Shown piece by piece: positions 1-12,500 of a stretch of 64,000 nt of DNA (its first letter is position 1; each line of letters opens with the position of its first letter). Position numbers and translations under genes: made by a program. The stretch comes from Lingula anatina. Its lineage: Eukaryota > Animalia > Brachiopoda. The notes below the pieces were generated by a model. The model did no database searches. It worked only from the letters and a program-made list of their open reading frames with translations, and was not told where the DNA came from. The stretch covers positions 25,486,848 through 25,550,847 of the forward strand of contig CM120643.1 in NCBI GenBank assembly GCA_051362555.1. The letters are read 5' to 3'.

Positions 1-203
1 TAGTGTCACATATGGAATGTGATCCAGACATTTGCACAGAGTTAGATATGTTACAGTCTTGAAACAGATATGGATATGTTTGAATCTTGAAAGGTGGCTG
101 TCACCCTAGCTGAGTCTCAAATTAATAATGATTGGTAACTCAGCAGTATAAATGTATAATTTTGTGATAGATTAGCCTACGTCCTTATTGTAATATATAA
201 TTG

Positions 204-363
204 CACGCCCATAGGCAGGGGGTGGGTTTGGGGGTTCAAACAAATTGTCCTTTTTGCCAGGAAAAGATCTGCTCTGGGTAAAAATTGATCTAGGTGCACA
301 AAGGTTTCATGGTCAAAGGTCCACTTTAGAAAAGAATCTTTGAAATTTCTGGCTACTGGCCTG
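204..363. mobile_element. MITE family A, degenerate copy (CAGGCCCGTAGCCAG-type TIR), TSD AATTG
   Basis: Aligns with the copies at 2986 and 30170. Flanked by aattg at 199-203 and 364-368. Confidence 0.8.
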
Positions 364-378
364 AATTGCAAGTTTATA

Positions 379-635
379 GGGACCATTTCCAGGCCCTATC
401 GTACTAACTGTGGATCGATCTATCACTTAGGGTATTCTCGCTAAATTGCTATCAGCTTAAGCAGCTTAAATGTCTGTCACGCCTACTCAAGCTGCTAGGG
501 GGTATTTAATTATCGTTTAGCAGCTTCAGTAGGCATGCCAGACATTAAAATCACTTAAGCTGAAAGCAATTTAGTGAGAAACCCCTTGGAGATGGTTCAA
601 TCCTGTTAGGTTGATCTAGGTATGGGAACCCAGTC
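379..635. mobile_element. MITE family B (PIF/Harbinger-like), older palindromic copy
   Basis: Shares gatcgatcta, ctaaattgc, gcctact-caagctg-agggggta with the copies at 10101, 19597 and 31365. Internal inverted arms ctcgctaaattgctatcagcttaag / cttaagctgaaagcaatttagtgag. Confidence 0.65.
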
Positions 636-1016
636 ACAGCAGTTTGTTTGAACCATTTGAAGATTTTTTTATCTATTAGCCATTTCTGTAAAGCATCAAA
701 ATGGTGCCAGTAAGTGGTTTGTCAGAGAAGAAAAGGATGTAAATAAGTTAAGTCATCAGCAATCATCAAAAAGCTTTAGCAGCACAATTAGTACATCTTT
801 TCTGAAATTTGGTTAATATATTTATTTGCTAAATGTGCATTAGGAAATTTTAGGTTTGTGTTCCCCATAGCAAAGTGCAGATAATGGTAGAATTTGATGC
901 AATACTTTCTCCCATCTATTGACATTCTAATGACTAATTGTCTTTTTTTTCTCAAGGCCACTATTAATACTGTAACAGTTAAGTGCTATAAATTATCATG
1001 TTGATGTACTTTGCAG

Positions 1017-4000
1017 ATGCAGTGACAGTGGTTCTTTACAACACAATGAAGAGCTTTCTAGGAATTCACGAGGCAGATGTAGGACAGGTATGTGGTTAAT
1101 AATGAATGGATGGGTTGAAATGATGTTTGAGTGGATGCCAGAAAAAATGAAGAGATTGATGATTGGGATAATGAATAAAGCAACAAATTCAATATTAATT
1201 TGTGATAAATATCATATCATAAAAGGATATGGCTTGAGCATAAGCAAGGGAAGAGGGTTTACAGAAATAATGGTACTAGTACTTTTGTCTGGAAAAAGTG
1301 TTGCTCTGAATCTATAAATACGTTACATGTATGGATATGAGGTTTTGCAGTAAAAAGGTGTATTTTTTCAGCAAATTAATCTTTCCCTTTGAAATTGCTA
1401 CCTGCAAGCCTATAGCTGATTATAACAGTGAGATGATAGAACTTTTCCCAAATGTCATCAGTTGCCCTGAATTCTATGATCTTACGATCTGTTATCTATC
1501 TGCTCATCCAAGGGGAATTCAGATATTATTAAAAATTATTTATCCTAGCTTTCCTTTTTTTTTCAAAGATTGAACCTGGTTGAGTGCACCCTGCTAATGA
1601 TATATGATAATAATTTAAAATCTACACTGATTTAATTCATCCATGCCATTGCAGATCTTCCTGGCAGTTGCAGCGTTCTTTACTGTAAGTTTAGGAGGTC
1701 TTGCCATTGGAGTCGTGCTTGGAATTTTAACAGCCTTTGGAACCAAGTTCACAGAGCATGTGCGGGGTAAGATGGTATTTGATATATGTTATTGCAGTGA
1801 AATCCAACTCTTTTTTTTAGCAACATGTAAGCACCAGTTTACATTTAGCATTTGCTTTAATCTTGCTGATACTGTACCTGCATTAAATCTTATGTTGGAC
1901 TACTGTGCCACTATGCGAATTGTACATTGGCATAGTAGAAATATCATTATCTTGTTGTTGTTGTTGTTTTTATTAATTTTTCTGATTATTTTAGTTATGG
2001 AACCAATGACAGTCTTCACACTGGCATACTTGTCCTATCTGACTGCTGAGTTGTTTCATTTCTCAGGGATTATAAGGTACTGATTTTGTTAACTTATTAA
2101 AAGTTAATGCTTTTAATTATTTCTCTTGTTATGCCCATCCCATCCCTTTGAAATAGTCTGTACATATAATTGGGATTGCATATTATTTAATTTCATTTAA
2201 GTAATGAATACATTTATCCTGACTGTGCAACAGTTGTGCAGATAATTAAGATTTGGCTTGTATGTTGTTATCCTTTTGAAATAGCATGCACAAATACCAG
2301 GTTACTTAATGAATTACACATTATTTTACCTTAAGTAAAGTATTGATTGTATATCCTGACAGAAAGAACAGTTGCATTTTTTTAAAAATTGATCATTTTT
2401 GAATCCGATGTGCTCTTTTAAGGAAGACACCCCCCCTCCAAAAAAAAAGAAATCGAGTAGTTGAAGGTTTGATTTTTTAAATTTTGTTGCATTTCTTGTT
2501 GTCATTTCAATGAATCGTTAGTTTTGAATAGTCAATCAGACAGTGTACAATTTTCCATTTTTCTATTGCTGTTCATTACACTTTTACTTGCATGCATACT
2601 GTAATAACCTACAGTTTATTCCAATACATGTCTATGTTCATTTTATTAATTGATTTTGTTCTTTCAGCATCATAGGCTGCGGTCTTGTACAAGCTCAGTA
2701 TGCATTCCAGAACATATCCCACAAGTCTTATACCACTGTGAAATACTTCAGTAAAGTCTTGAGGTAAGTGCCCCACTTCAGCCCATTATGGGTCTCTATA
2801 ATTTATCACACAGTGCACTGAATTAGAATGGAAATCTGCAAGTATCTAAAAGCATATTCAGAAACCCTACCAAATATCTTTGGTTAGCTATCGGATTCCT
2901 GTTGCAGGTTTCTTTTGATGAATCATTATTTCAAAGAAGTAAGTGATATTTAGCAAATGTTACTGTGCTAGTAACCATGGACATGCAGGCCCGTGGCCAG
3001 CAATTTCAAAAGGGGGGTTCGTTTTCTGAAAAAGTGGACCTTTTTCCATAAAAACATCATGTACCTAGATCAAATTTTACCCAGAGTGGACCTTTTCCCA
3101 GCAAAAGGGGTGGTTTTTTCTAACCCCCCGAACCCCCCCCCCCCCCCCCTGGCCACGGGCCTGACATCGACATAGCCCCTGGATCATTGGATCATTTCAA
3201 GCAGAATGGGCTGAATTTTGTAGGTTCATCTCAGCTCCTACATTGTGTGTGTTGTTTGTGCATGCTTATGGCAAACCATGAAGTGTGCAATGTCTTCATT
3301 TTCTGCCTCATAAAAGGTTTTTCTTGTTTCCCTCTGAGAAGTGATTTTGCAATGATTAGTTGGGACAATAAGCACAACCAAATTATTCCTAGAAAAATCA
3401 CTTGTAGCCTGTCAGAAAAAAAAGATTATGCTGGATTCTCACAATAGCATTTGAAATTTAGTGACGATTCAGAAGATAACAGGGAATGATCTAAAAAATT
3501 GTCACAATTAAACCATTAGTTACCATATATTAAGTTTGGCTCTTATATATAAAAAATAAGGTTAGATATTATGTCATACTCATAGATTTTTGGATGCCAT
3601 CAGCTAAAAAATGTCAGATCCATTTTCATGATCCATATGATGCCTGTAAAGTATGTCACTTCACTTTCCTGTAGCATTGTCTTTGTTACTGCATGGATGT
3701 ACAAAATCTCATGGTATCAGAAAGTGGACATTTTATATGATGTTTTAATGGATACAGTACATTATTTTTGACAGTCAGGAAGTATTTAGGATATAGGGTG
3801 GTATTGTAATGGAAATCGTAGATCACATATTATTACGTTACTGTTGAAGGAAATTAGATTACAGCAAAATGCTTTTATGTATGTGGTCCCCAGTGCTTCC
3901 ATTTATGTAAATTGTCAAATTATCAAAGTGCTGTTGTTCAACCAAGAATGACAGGTATTGCAAAAAAAAAATCTTTATTAATTGGATGTGACTTGAATCT

Positions 4001-7000
4001 ATGCTGTTTTTAGTTTCTTTTCAAATCTTATCTTGAAGATTTAAAAAGCTGCATTATATACTGTCTGGTGAATAAAGTGACAATGAAGTCTTGTAGACGG
4101 GCGGTCTGTCTCTTCTTGTTAGTTTAGATCGGATGATCAGTGATTAAAGCTAAATTTTGAATTACACATGAGAATTTTTTTTAACTGCCTTTTATTGACA
4201 AGTAAAGGCAGCCCGATTTAGTAAGATCCGTCTTAGCAGGGCAACTTTAGCCCAAATCTAGGTCTAAACTTTCAGTTCAACATAAATCCATCCATCTTCT
4301 TATATAAAATAAGTATTGGTCAGAAACATTACTAATTAAAATAAATATCTTTCCTTTTGAGATGTACTATTAAACAGTATTAATTCATTTCATAAAACTA
4401 TTTCTGATCTATTTTGGGTTAAGTTGGACTATAATTGTCTAAAAGCCAAGACCAATTTTTGGGCTCAATTGAGTTCTTTCATGAAACAGGTTTCTGATTA
4501 CGTATACCATGAGCTCAGCACCGGATTTCATTTTAACAACACATCTTCTCTCAGCAATACTAATGATGCGTGAAATGTCAGAGTACTTAGGTTTGTTACC
4601 AGTACCTGTGGTGAACCCATCATATAGTGTAGTTACACAATTCATTAGTAGAAATGTTGATTCAATAGATTTTAAGAACCAATCACCCTCTTGTCAGAAA
4701 GTAAATTTTGACCTGTATCTGAAGAGAGAAAAGATCTATATTAGAAAATGTGTCGTTTGAAAATTATAATAATTACAGTTAACTGCCAACAGATGGATAT
4801 GACTAAGATAAGTTGACTTCACTTGAGTTTGAAGATGTATTTACTTGATAGTTGCGTGTATTTCAAGTGAAAATGAAAAACATCTTTTTACAGAACTTAC
4901 ATGCTACCAAGAACTTCTGCATACAGTGTATCAGTTACTGTAACAGTGAGCAATTTCAGCTTTGGTACAGACAAATATACTCAGTTATACATTCAGTGTT
5001 TACAGTATTGAATAACATTTTTAAAATAGAGAGTGATTAATCTATTGATTTGTACTTAATCATTTCAGCACGACAAGTGACTGTGTCATCTTCATGCTAC
5101 TGGGGATCACCCTGGTGATGTCTAACCACTACTGGCACACGGGGTTTACACTCTGGGTCATAGTCCTCTGCCTGATATTCAGGTTTATTGGTAGGTGGTT
5201 TCCATTTAAGTATTTAACATTTGAAATTTTGGTTTGTTTTTGTTTAATTAAATACTTTATTTATGTGAGAAATGTTATTGATGTGTATTTATTTATTTTT
5301 ACTTAGTTGTAATTTTTTTTTTTTTTGGTAAAAATTCTGATGTAAGTTTTGAACGTCTGTACCGGTAGTATAATTAATATATTATACACTTGTTGTAAGG
5401 ATACTTTAAATTTCAGACTGGTATAAAGCAATTACAAAATAAGAAATAAGCTCTGATGTTACCTATATTTTACAGTGGTATACTTTCTGAGCTTTATTGC
5501 CAACCGTTGCAACAGACTCCGTGTCATAACTCTGGAGGAACAATTTATAATGGTAAGCATCTGGTATCTAGCCGTTGCAGTACAATATAATTGGCCATTA
5601 AGGCTAGTCAGCAGTACACCATGTAAAGTAGGTGTTCAATAAATAATGACATCAAGTGACAAAATGAAAAGCAATGTTAATGCTTATTTTTAGCAACAGT
5701 GTTGATTTTAAAATTGCATGTTTTGTAATTGTAATATTATGTGCTATCCTCCAGCAGTATGACATACATGTAGATGTCTTTTGGCATATACTTCTCTAAG
5801 ACATTCTCATTGATGACATCCCTTTACTAACCAAGTAATAATATATGTTTTTTTTTTTTGTTTTTTTTTTTTTTCAGGCTTATGGGGGACTGAGAGGAGC
5901 CGTCTGCTTTTCTCTGGTGGCCATGTTGGAAGAAAGTAGTCTGCCACAAACTAGGAACATGTTTGTAACTGCTACCTTGGCTGTGATTATTTTCACAGTT
6001 GTAATACAGGTAAAGATGGAGTGAATATTTGTTCTTGAGCCCCATTAAGAACAAGAATAGATTCATTGTTATTTAAAGTGAACAACAAAGGAAAAATCGA
6101 AGAAAACAAAAGTAGAATAAAGAGTTTTTATTTTTGTTGACCCTGTATTCTTAAATATAAATAAAGCAGCTGCTACAAAATTTCCTTAATCTGATAACAG
6201 GTCTTAGGCACTGATTATAATTCTGTTGTGTTTTCGTGAATGTGTTAACTGTGACAGTGATTTTATGCTGGATGTGTTAGTTCACTCCCATTTTTTATTA
6301 AGTTTCATATTTCACATGTCTAAAAAACTGAACATGATTATTCGTTATTGAATCCACTTTTGGTCTGTACATTTTGATATTATTTCTTACATGTAAATTT
6401 ATTATTATTATTATTATTATTATTAAGGAAATAGGTGCTTGATCTTACTGTAAATCCTTCCGTTTCTAACAGGGCATTACTATCAAGCCACTTGTCAATC
6501 TCCTACGAATAACAAGACAAAGTGATGAGGCAAAGACTCTTCATGAAGAAATAAGTATACATGTAAGATTACAATAATTTTATCATGTCATATACATGTA
6601 CATAGAACTGCATTGCATTGCAAACTACATCTGGCATATCAAACTTGCTTGCAAAACTACTTGAGTCATTTAACCTGGCTGTATAATTATTTTTCCAAAT
6701 CACTGGAAAAAACAATCTGCAAACCTGACAGAATATGTGGTTAACTGCCTATTTGACAAATACATTAAATATTGTATTGATTAGTATTATGCTGAAAGAT
6801 AAAATGTGTTTATGGAAAGATTTTTCCCATGTTTTATTTCACTCAAATAAGTGTTAGTAGTTTGTTAAACTTTTTACATTGATTTTTAACTGTAATAATT
6901 TTTAGGTCACAGACCATGTTTTGGCTGGTATTGAGGAAATAGTTGGAACTCACGGAGAAAACTGGTTGAGGGTGAGGACATGTAACTGAAAGGAGTAATT

Positions 7001-9494
7001 AAAACGTGTCTCCATTGAATTTCATCAGTAAGTTGCTTGTCATATAGTTTGCAGTATTTGTATTTCAGCTATTATTCCATCAATTTTCAATAACAGCTTT
7101 TGTGACATGGAGTATAATTTTCTTCACAGGAAAAAATCAACTACATAGACAACAAATACTTCAAGCACTGGCTACAGAGGGTTCCTCACACCAGTGATGA
7201 ACAGATCATGGAACTTTACCAGAAAATTGCTTTAAAGTAAGTTTCAGATTTGAACATAATTGATGAAAATGTGTTTCAGTATTTGCACAGCAAAGACGAC
7301 ATTCACACAAGGAAATAGTATCATAGTTTTTCAAAACTGAGACCATCAGCCTGAGGGTCTTTCTGTTTATGTAAAAAACACCACATACTACATCAGGGCC
7401 CCGTATCTCGAAAGCATCGCGCATTGCGACCGTGCGCAAGCATCTCGTTTCCATAACGTACCCATACTCGTCCAAAATAATACATTGTAGCCTCTATTTG
7501 ATATAGCGATTTGCAATACACGATGCTTTCGAGATACAGGGCCCGCCCGGATCTTGTTTCGACAAGATAGAAGAGAGAGAGAAGGAAATTATGTATATAT
7601 GAATTGGTGTCAGTCTCTGATTATGCACCATTAAATATAGGCTGCTTGCTGCTACCAAACAGATTACATTGGGACTCAGTTGTGCCTTGGATTACAAAAT
7701 CCCTTGTTGATTGTAAGCATCATGGTGCAACTTGTTTCTGGGTGTCAGTTAGTTTATTTCAGGTTTAGTTAGTCCTAGTATGAATGCACCTTTTAAGGGT
7801 TAATTTTTCACGTGATAACAATAAAAATAATTAAACATTGAAGATTGTTTTCTGTCCATCTTGGTAAGTGGCTAAACTATTATAATAACAGCTTTCATGC
7901 TTTATTGCAGACAGCACTTTGAAAGTATTGAAGGAACAGTAGCAGCAAGAATGGCTGTGGAAGAGGAACTGCAGAAACTGTAAGACTGACTTTGTGGCAG
8001 ATTTGATGTACTTCTCATCATTATATACGCATTCTGATTTATAATCATCTTTAAGAGCGGCCCTTAAAAGCTTGGATTCAATTCAAATCTTTCATATAAT
8101 CAGCTTTTACATTCAACAGTTTACATATGATTGCTACATCTGAAACTAGCAAAAATTGGGTAGTATGCAATAGGTACATGTAGATCGAGTGCTTTTGCAT
8201 AGCCAAATATACTGCATACCCTGGTATATTCAATTTACTCATTTCTTTTTTGCTTTCAGTATAATGTACCTTTAAGTGTAGACACCTCTGTGCTACATTG
8301 TTAGAATAATTATAATAAATCCTGTGCAAAAACATTAATTGCTTCAATCACCCTGTTGGGAAATACATGTATTAATGGTTTAATGAATATGATTCAAACC
8401 TCTGCTTTAATTTGCATCTATGGTATGTGCTTTCACAGTCTTATTTTCACAACTGGTCCAACAGAGATCGGGAAAATGTGACCACTTGTCAATGAAGTTA
8501 CCAGACCGAGACTTTTCTTTAAATTTTCATAGATTTAAATGTTTTTTTTTGTGTCATTTCCTTCTTTTTTCTTATAATCCAAAATTATATCCATATAGAC
8601 CACCAGCTCATTTAACATTGGACTTGTAGTTATATGAGCACATGTACATCTGGTGACTTCAGTGTTAAATTGGTGATTTTCTCAGTTGACATGTTAGTTG
8701 GTTGTGAAAAGGGCCATTTTCAGTGTGTTGCTTCATTTAACAGTGAGGAGGTTTTGGAGAATGATGACGACCTGGATGAAGACTTCAAGGAGAAGATTGA
8801 AAACGAGATCATAGAACTGAGGCAAGAAGCACGTGCACGCACACATACACACACACACACATAGGTGCACATGTCACACACTGTGACACATCTGGGGCAG
8901 ATTTACTGAAAGGTGGTCTTCTGGTTTCAAAGACAGTTGTAATTTTTTGAATGAAGAATTTTAATTTTTTTAACATGTGATTTAATGTCTTAATCATATA
9001 TGAAAAGCTTGTCAGTCTACCAGAAGATCTGCCCCTATGTGTTTGTGCGTGTGGTTTGTGTGATCATAAGCTCTATAAATGTATCCTTCTGTGGTTCTTT
9101 GGCAGCTTGGTTAATAGGATATATACTTCCCCTAAAGCTTACTTTACCTAAAGCATATATCATCTTGTACTCAGTACAATGTCTCTTTTAAGCAGTAATT
9201 TTTGTATAAAATATGAGCTAACATTTATAGTCAGCTTTATATATTATGATTATGGAAGTTGTAAGTGATTCTGTTTTTGATGGCATAGAATAAGTGTGTA
9301 GAATAATTACGGTACATGTTAAAACTTATATGAGAAAAAATGAAAGTGGGATTGTATTGTACTTTTAATTATGGCTTGTGAGACATATTGTGACAAAATG
9401 GTCAAATTGACCTTACTGTTATTTGGCAGACTTTCATACTGATTGTTTGGATTATCTACTGTGAAGTTACCTATTGGATAATGTTTTGTGCTAC

Positions 9495-9538
<44 letters not shown>

Positions 9539-12500
9539 ATTTATGGCCCTGACACTAGAATGGGATTCAACCAAAACTATTCTTTAACTAAGAAAGCAGA
9601 CTCTTGATCACTTTACAACTGCCTGCTTTCAATGAATTTCATCTCACTCAAAACTTATACTCCTGGGGATTGTGGTTTTTTAATGAGTTTGGTAAACCCC
9701 CTCTAATTCATGGCCAAAGACTGGTTTATACTCTATAATATTGATATCTGATCAGCTGTGTGTTAGTGTGAGGTCAAATGCAGAACAGTGGACTAATAAG
9801 TCAGGGGATCAAATATGGCTGACCCACTTGAATACTTACCCATGGGGAATCTATTCAGTGTCTATTAGCGGATTAGAAGGCTAGCTTTTTAGTGGGTCAC
9901 CATATTTGACCCACGGACTAGTAAGTCCACTGTTCTGAATGTGGCCTAAGTGCTTACTTATATTCAGGAAAATCTTATTGTTGGTTTGATTTACAGGAGA
10001 GCCTCCATGATGCCTGGCAGTGTGGACATGTCCTGCTTTAGAAGGTAATTGTATTGGTATCATGAGAACAATCAGCTCTGGCTGTGAAAGGCCAGTCTAA
10101 GGGTGGATTCCCAGACATTTAGATGATCCAGAGATTTAGAATTAGATCGACCTAACTCCCTGGGGGTTCACGCTAAATTGCAGTCAGCCAAGCGCGCACC
10201 ATAGTTAATTACCCCCTTGCAGCTTTTTGTAGGCGGGACAGACGCTTAAGCCAGCTAAGCTGATAGTAATCTAGTGAGACTCCCCACAGGGACAGATCGA
10301 TCTAAAATCTGTGGGAATGGGGTCTAAATGTATATCTTTTGATGAAGAGAAAAAAATCCCATTTTATCATAGTTTTCCTTGAAATTACTCAGAGGGTACA
10401 CATACAACCTAAAATCAGTAGATCAATAAAAAGAAATATTTTCCTCAGTAATAAAAATATTTAAAAATAAATTAAGTGCAGTATATGCTTGTCAGACATC
10501 ATAATATTTTTCCTTATTAAATTTTGGAACCATGAGGTCTTTCAAGATAATATTGAATATAAACAAAAGAATTTGCCTTCCAGGAGGAGTACATTGCATC
10601 CCCCGTTTGATGACCATTTGTCAAGTGACAGGTACTGGTACTTACACAAATAGTTTGTGTGATATCTAAAAAAGAAGGATATTTTATGCACAAATTATTT
10701 TAATCATTTTGTTCACATTGAAAAGCACCTTTAGAGAATCCAATGTCTTCATAGGTTGCAGTTAGCTTCATGTGTATGTATAATTTATATATGACCACTG
10801 ACATACATGTAGCTTTATTGAAAAATATTCAGATACACTGAATGACAGTGTGGCTGTCTTCCATTGCGATAGGTGTGATCATGTTTTCCATTGCGATAGG
10901 TGTGATTAGTATTGCAGTAAATGACATGGTATCACTGGTAGATACTTTGTGTGCAAATCATCTGAGGAGTGATGCCACTGGTAGTCTAAGAGAAGACAAC
11001 AGGTGGATAAGAGTAATGTGCAGCAATGTGCTCAGTTTATAATGAGTACACATTGTTGAATACTTCTATCTTACTGTACCCCAATTTAAGAACATTTGGG
11101 TGGCCAATGACTTTTTATGTGTACACTCACTTAGGTCTGTATACATTAAATGATGCCCTTTGGGGATGGCAACATGCAGCAAATTTGCCTTTTTTGTAGT
11201 TCCATGATACTTAGTACTTTCAGCATCAGAAGATGCTCCCCTTTGGGTATGTTGTGAAAAAGGTCTGCTTTCCAGACAGTATAATGTTTTGATAACTTAT
11301 AATACATGGAGGAAACTTCAGTAAGAAAATTATTAAATTGACAAATTACCCTTGTCTTATGAATTATTTTGGTTTTTCCTACAAGCAGGATTTGTCTTGG
11401 TGTATTGTTATATTTGTCATTTCTTTATCATTATAATGATTGTGGCAGACAAGACTTCTTTTATGATTACTTCTGTAATTAAAAGTAACTCATTTTTCTT
11501 CAGATATTTTCTTTATTGTCACGTGCAATTTATAAAATTGAAGATAGTATAGAATAAAATATTAATCCAGTCTCCCATCGCCAATTAACAAATTAAGAGG
11601 GAAGGAAACTGTCTAAGTTGATCTTTATATCTTCCCAAGTAAAGCCTTTAAGTATTTATAATGCAGTCTTGGACAAAGAGGACGTGATAATTACTTAGTG
11701 CATGAACAATTTTCCGTTCCAGAGATGAAGTTGACTTTCCCTTACGTTCATCATCTTTTCCTTTGAAACGTTCTGGTGGCTCCATCTATAGGGCAGTCCC
11801 TCAGTCGCCTAAGACTGCTACTGCCACCTATAGACCGTTACCTCGATTGTCATCAGAGAGGTGAAACATGGCATGAAAACTGTGGTTGTCTTTAAAAGTC
11901 ATTCAGTTTGTCTTATTATATTATTGCTTTCACCTTGCTTTACAGTGGCTTACGTAAATCTTTTGAGATGACAAGGACTTGATATTTATTTCTGGCTGCA
12001 ACATGTTTTGTCATGGCTTTGTATTAGACATTGTAAATGTGTTTAAGGCCTTGTGAGTATTTTTTTTCAGCTTGAATAAAATAAAATTTGTTTGCTACAT
12101 TGGTTACATAGAGCTGGTATTTCCAAATAAAAAAAAATGATGTTGAGGACTATATTTAGTGATTGGTTTGAATCAGCATAAGTGGAATGAAAAATTAGTG
12201 TGGTTCATCATGATAATGCTGTCAAAGTATTAGTTACTTACTCTTTAAGTTGTTAATGTAGAAATAATATATCATGTTTAATAGCAGGACTTGGTTAACT
12301 CCACTTAACTTTATTTAACAATCGATGCAAATGGGGCCTTTGGTTCTCCCCCTTTAGCCTAAATAATTACACAGTATATGGTCAGTTTAAGGGAGGAAAC
12401 ATGGGGTTTTGTGGTCTTAAATGCTCCTGTCCTATGTAGATACAAGTGTGTTTTGATATCCCAAAGATAAAACAGATTAAACCCTTGCTAAAAAAGTTAT

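Noticed and set aside
10842-11042. ORF or possible exon containing a 27-bp tandem duplication
   Set aside because: Weak splice sites (GAG acceptor, GTGGAT donor). The repetitive peptide is explained by the local duplication.
11224-11246. Possible NHE micro-exon encoding IRRCSPL
   Set aside because: 23 nt ending in phase 1, incompatible with the neighbouring phase-2 exons. Too speculative without reads.
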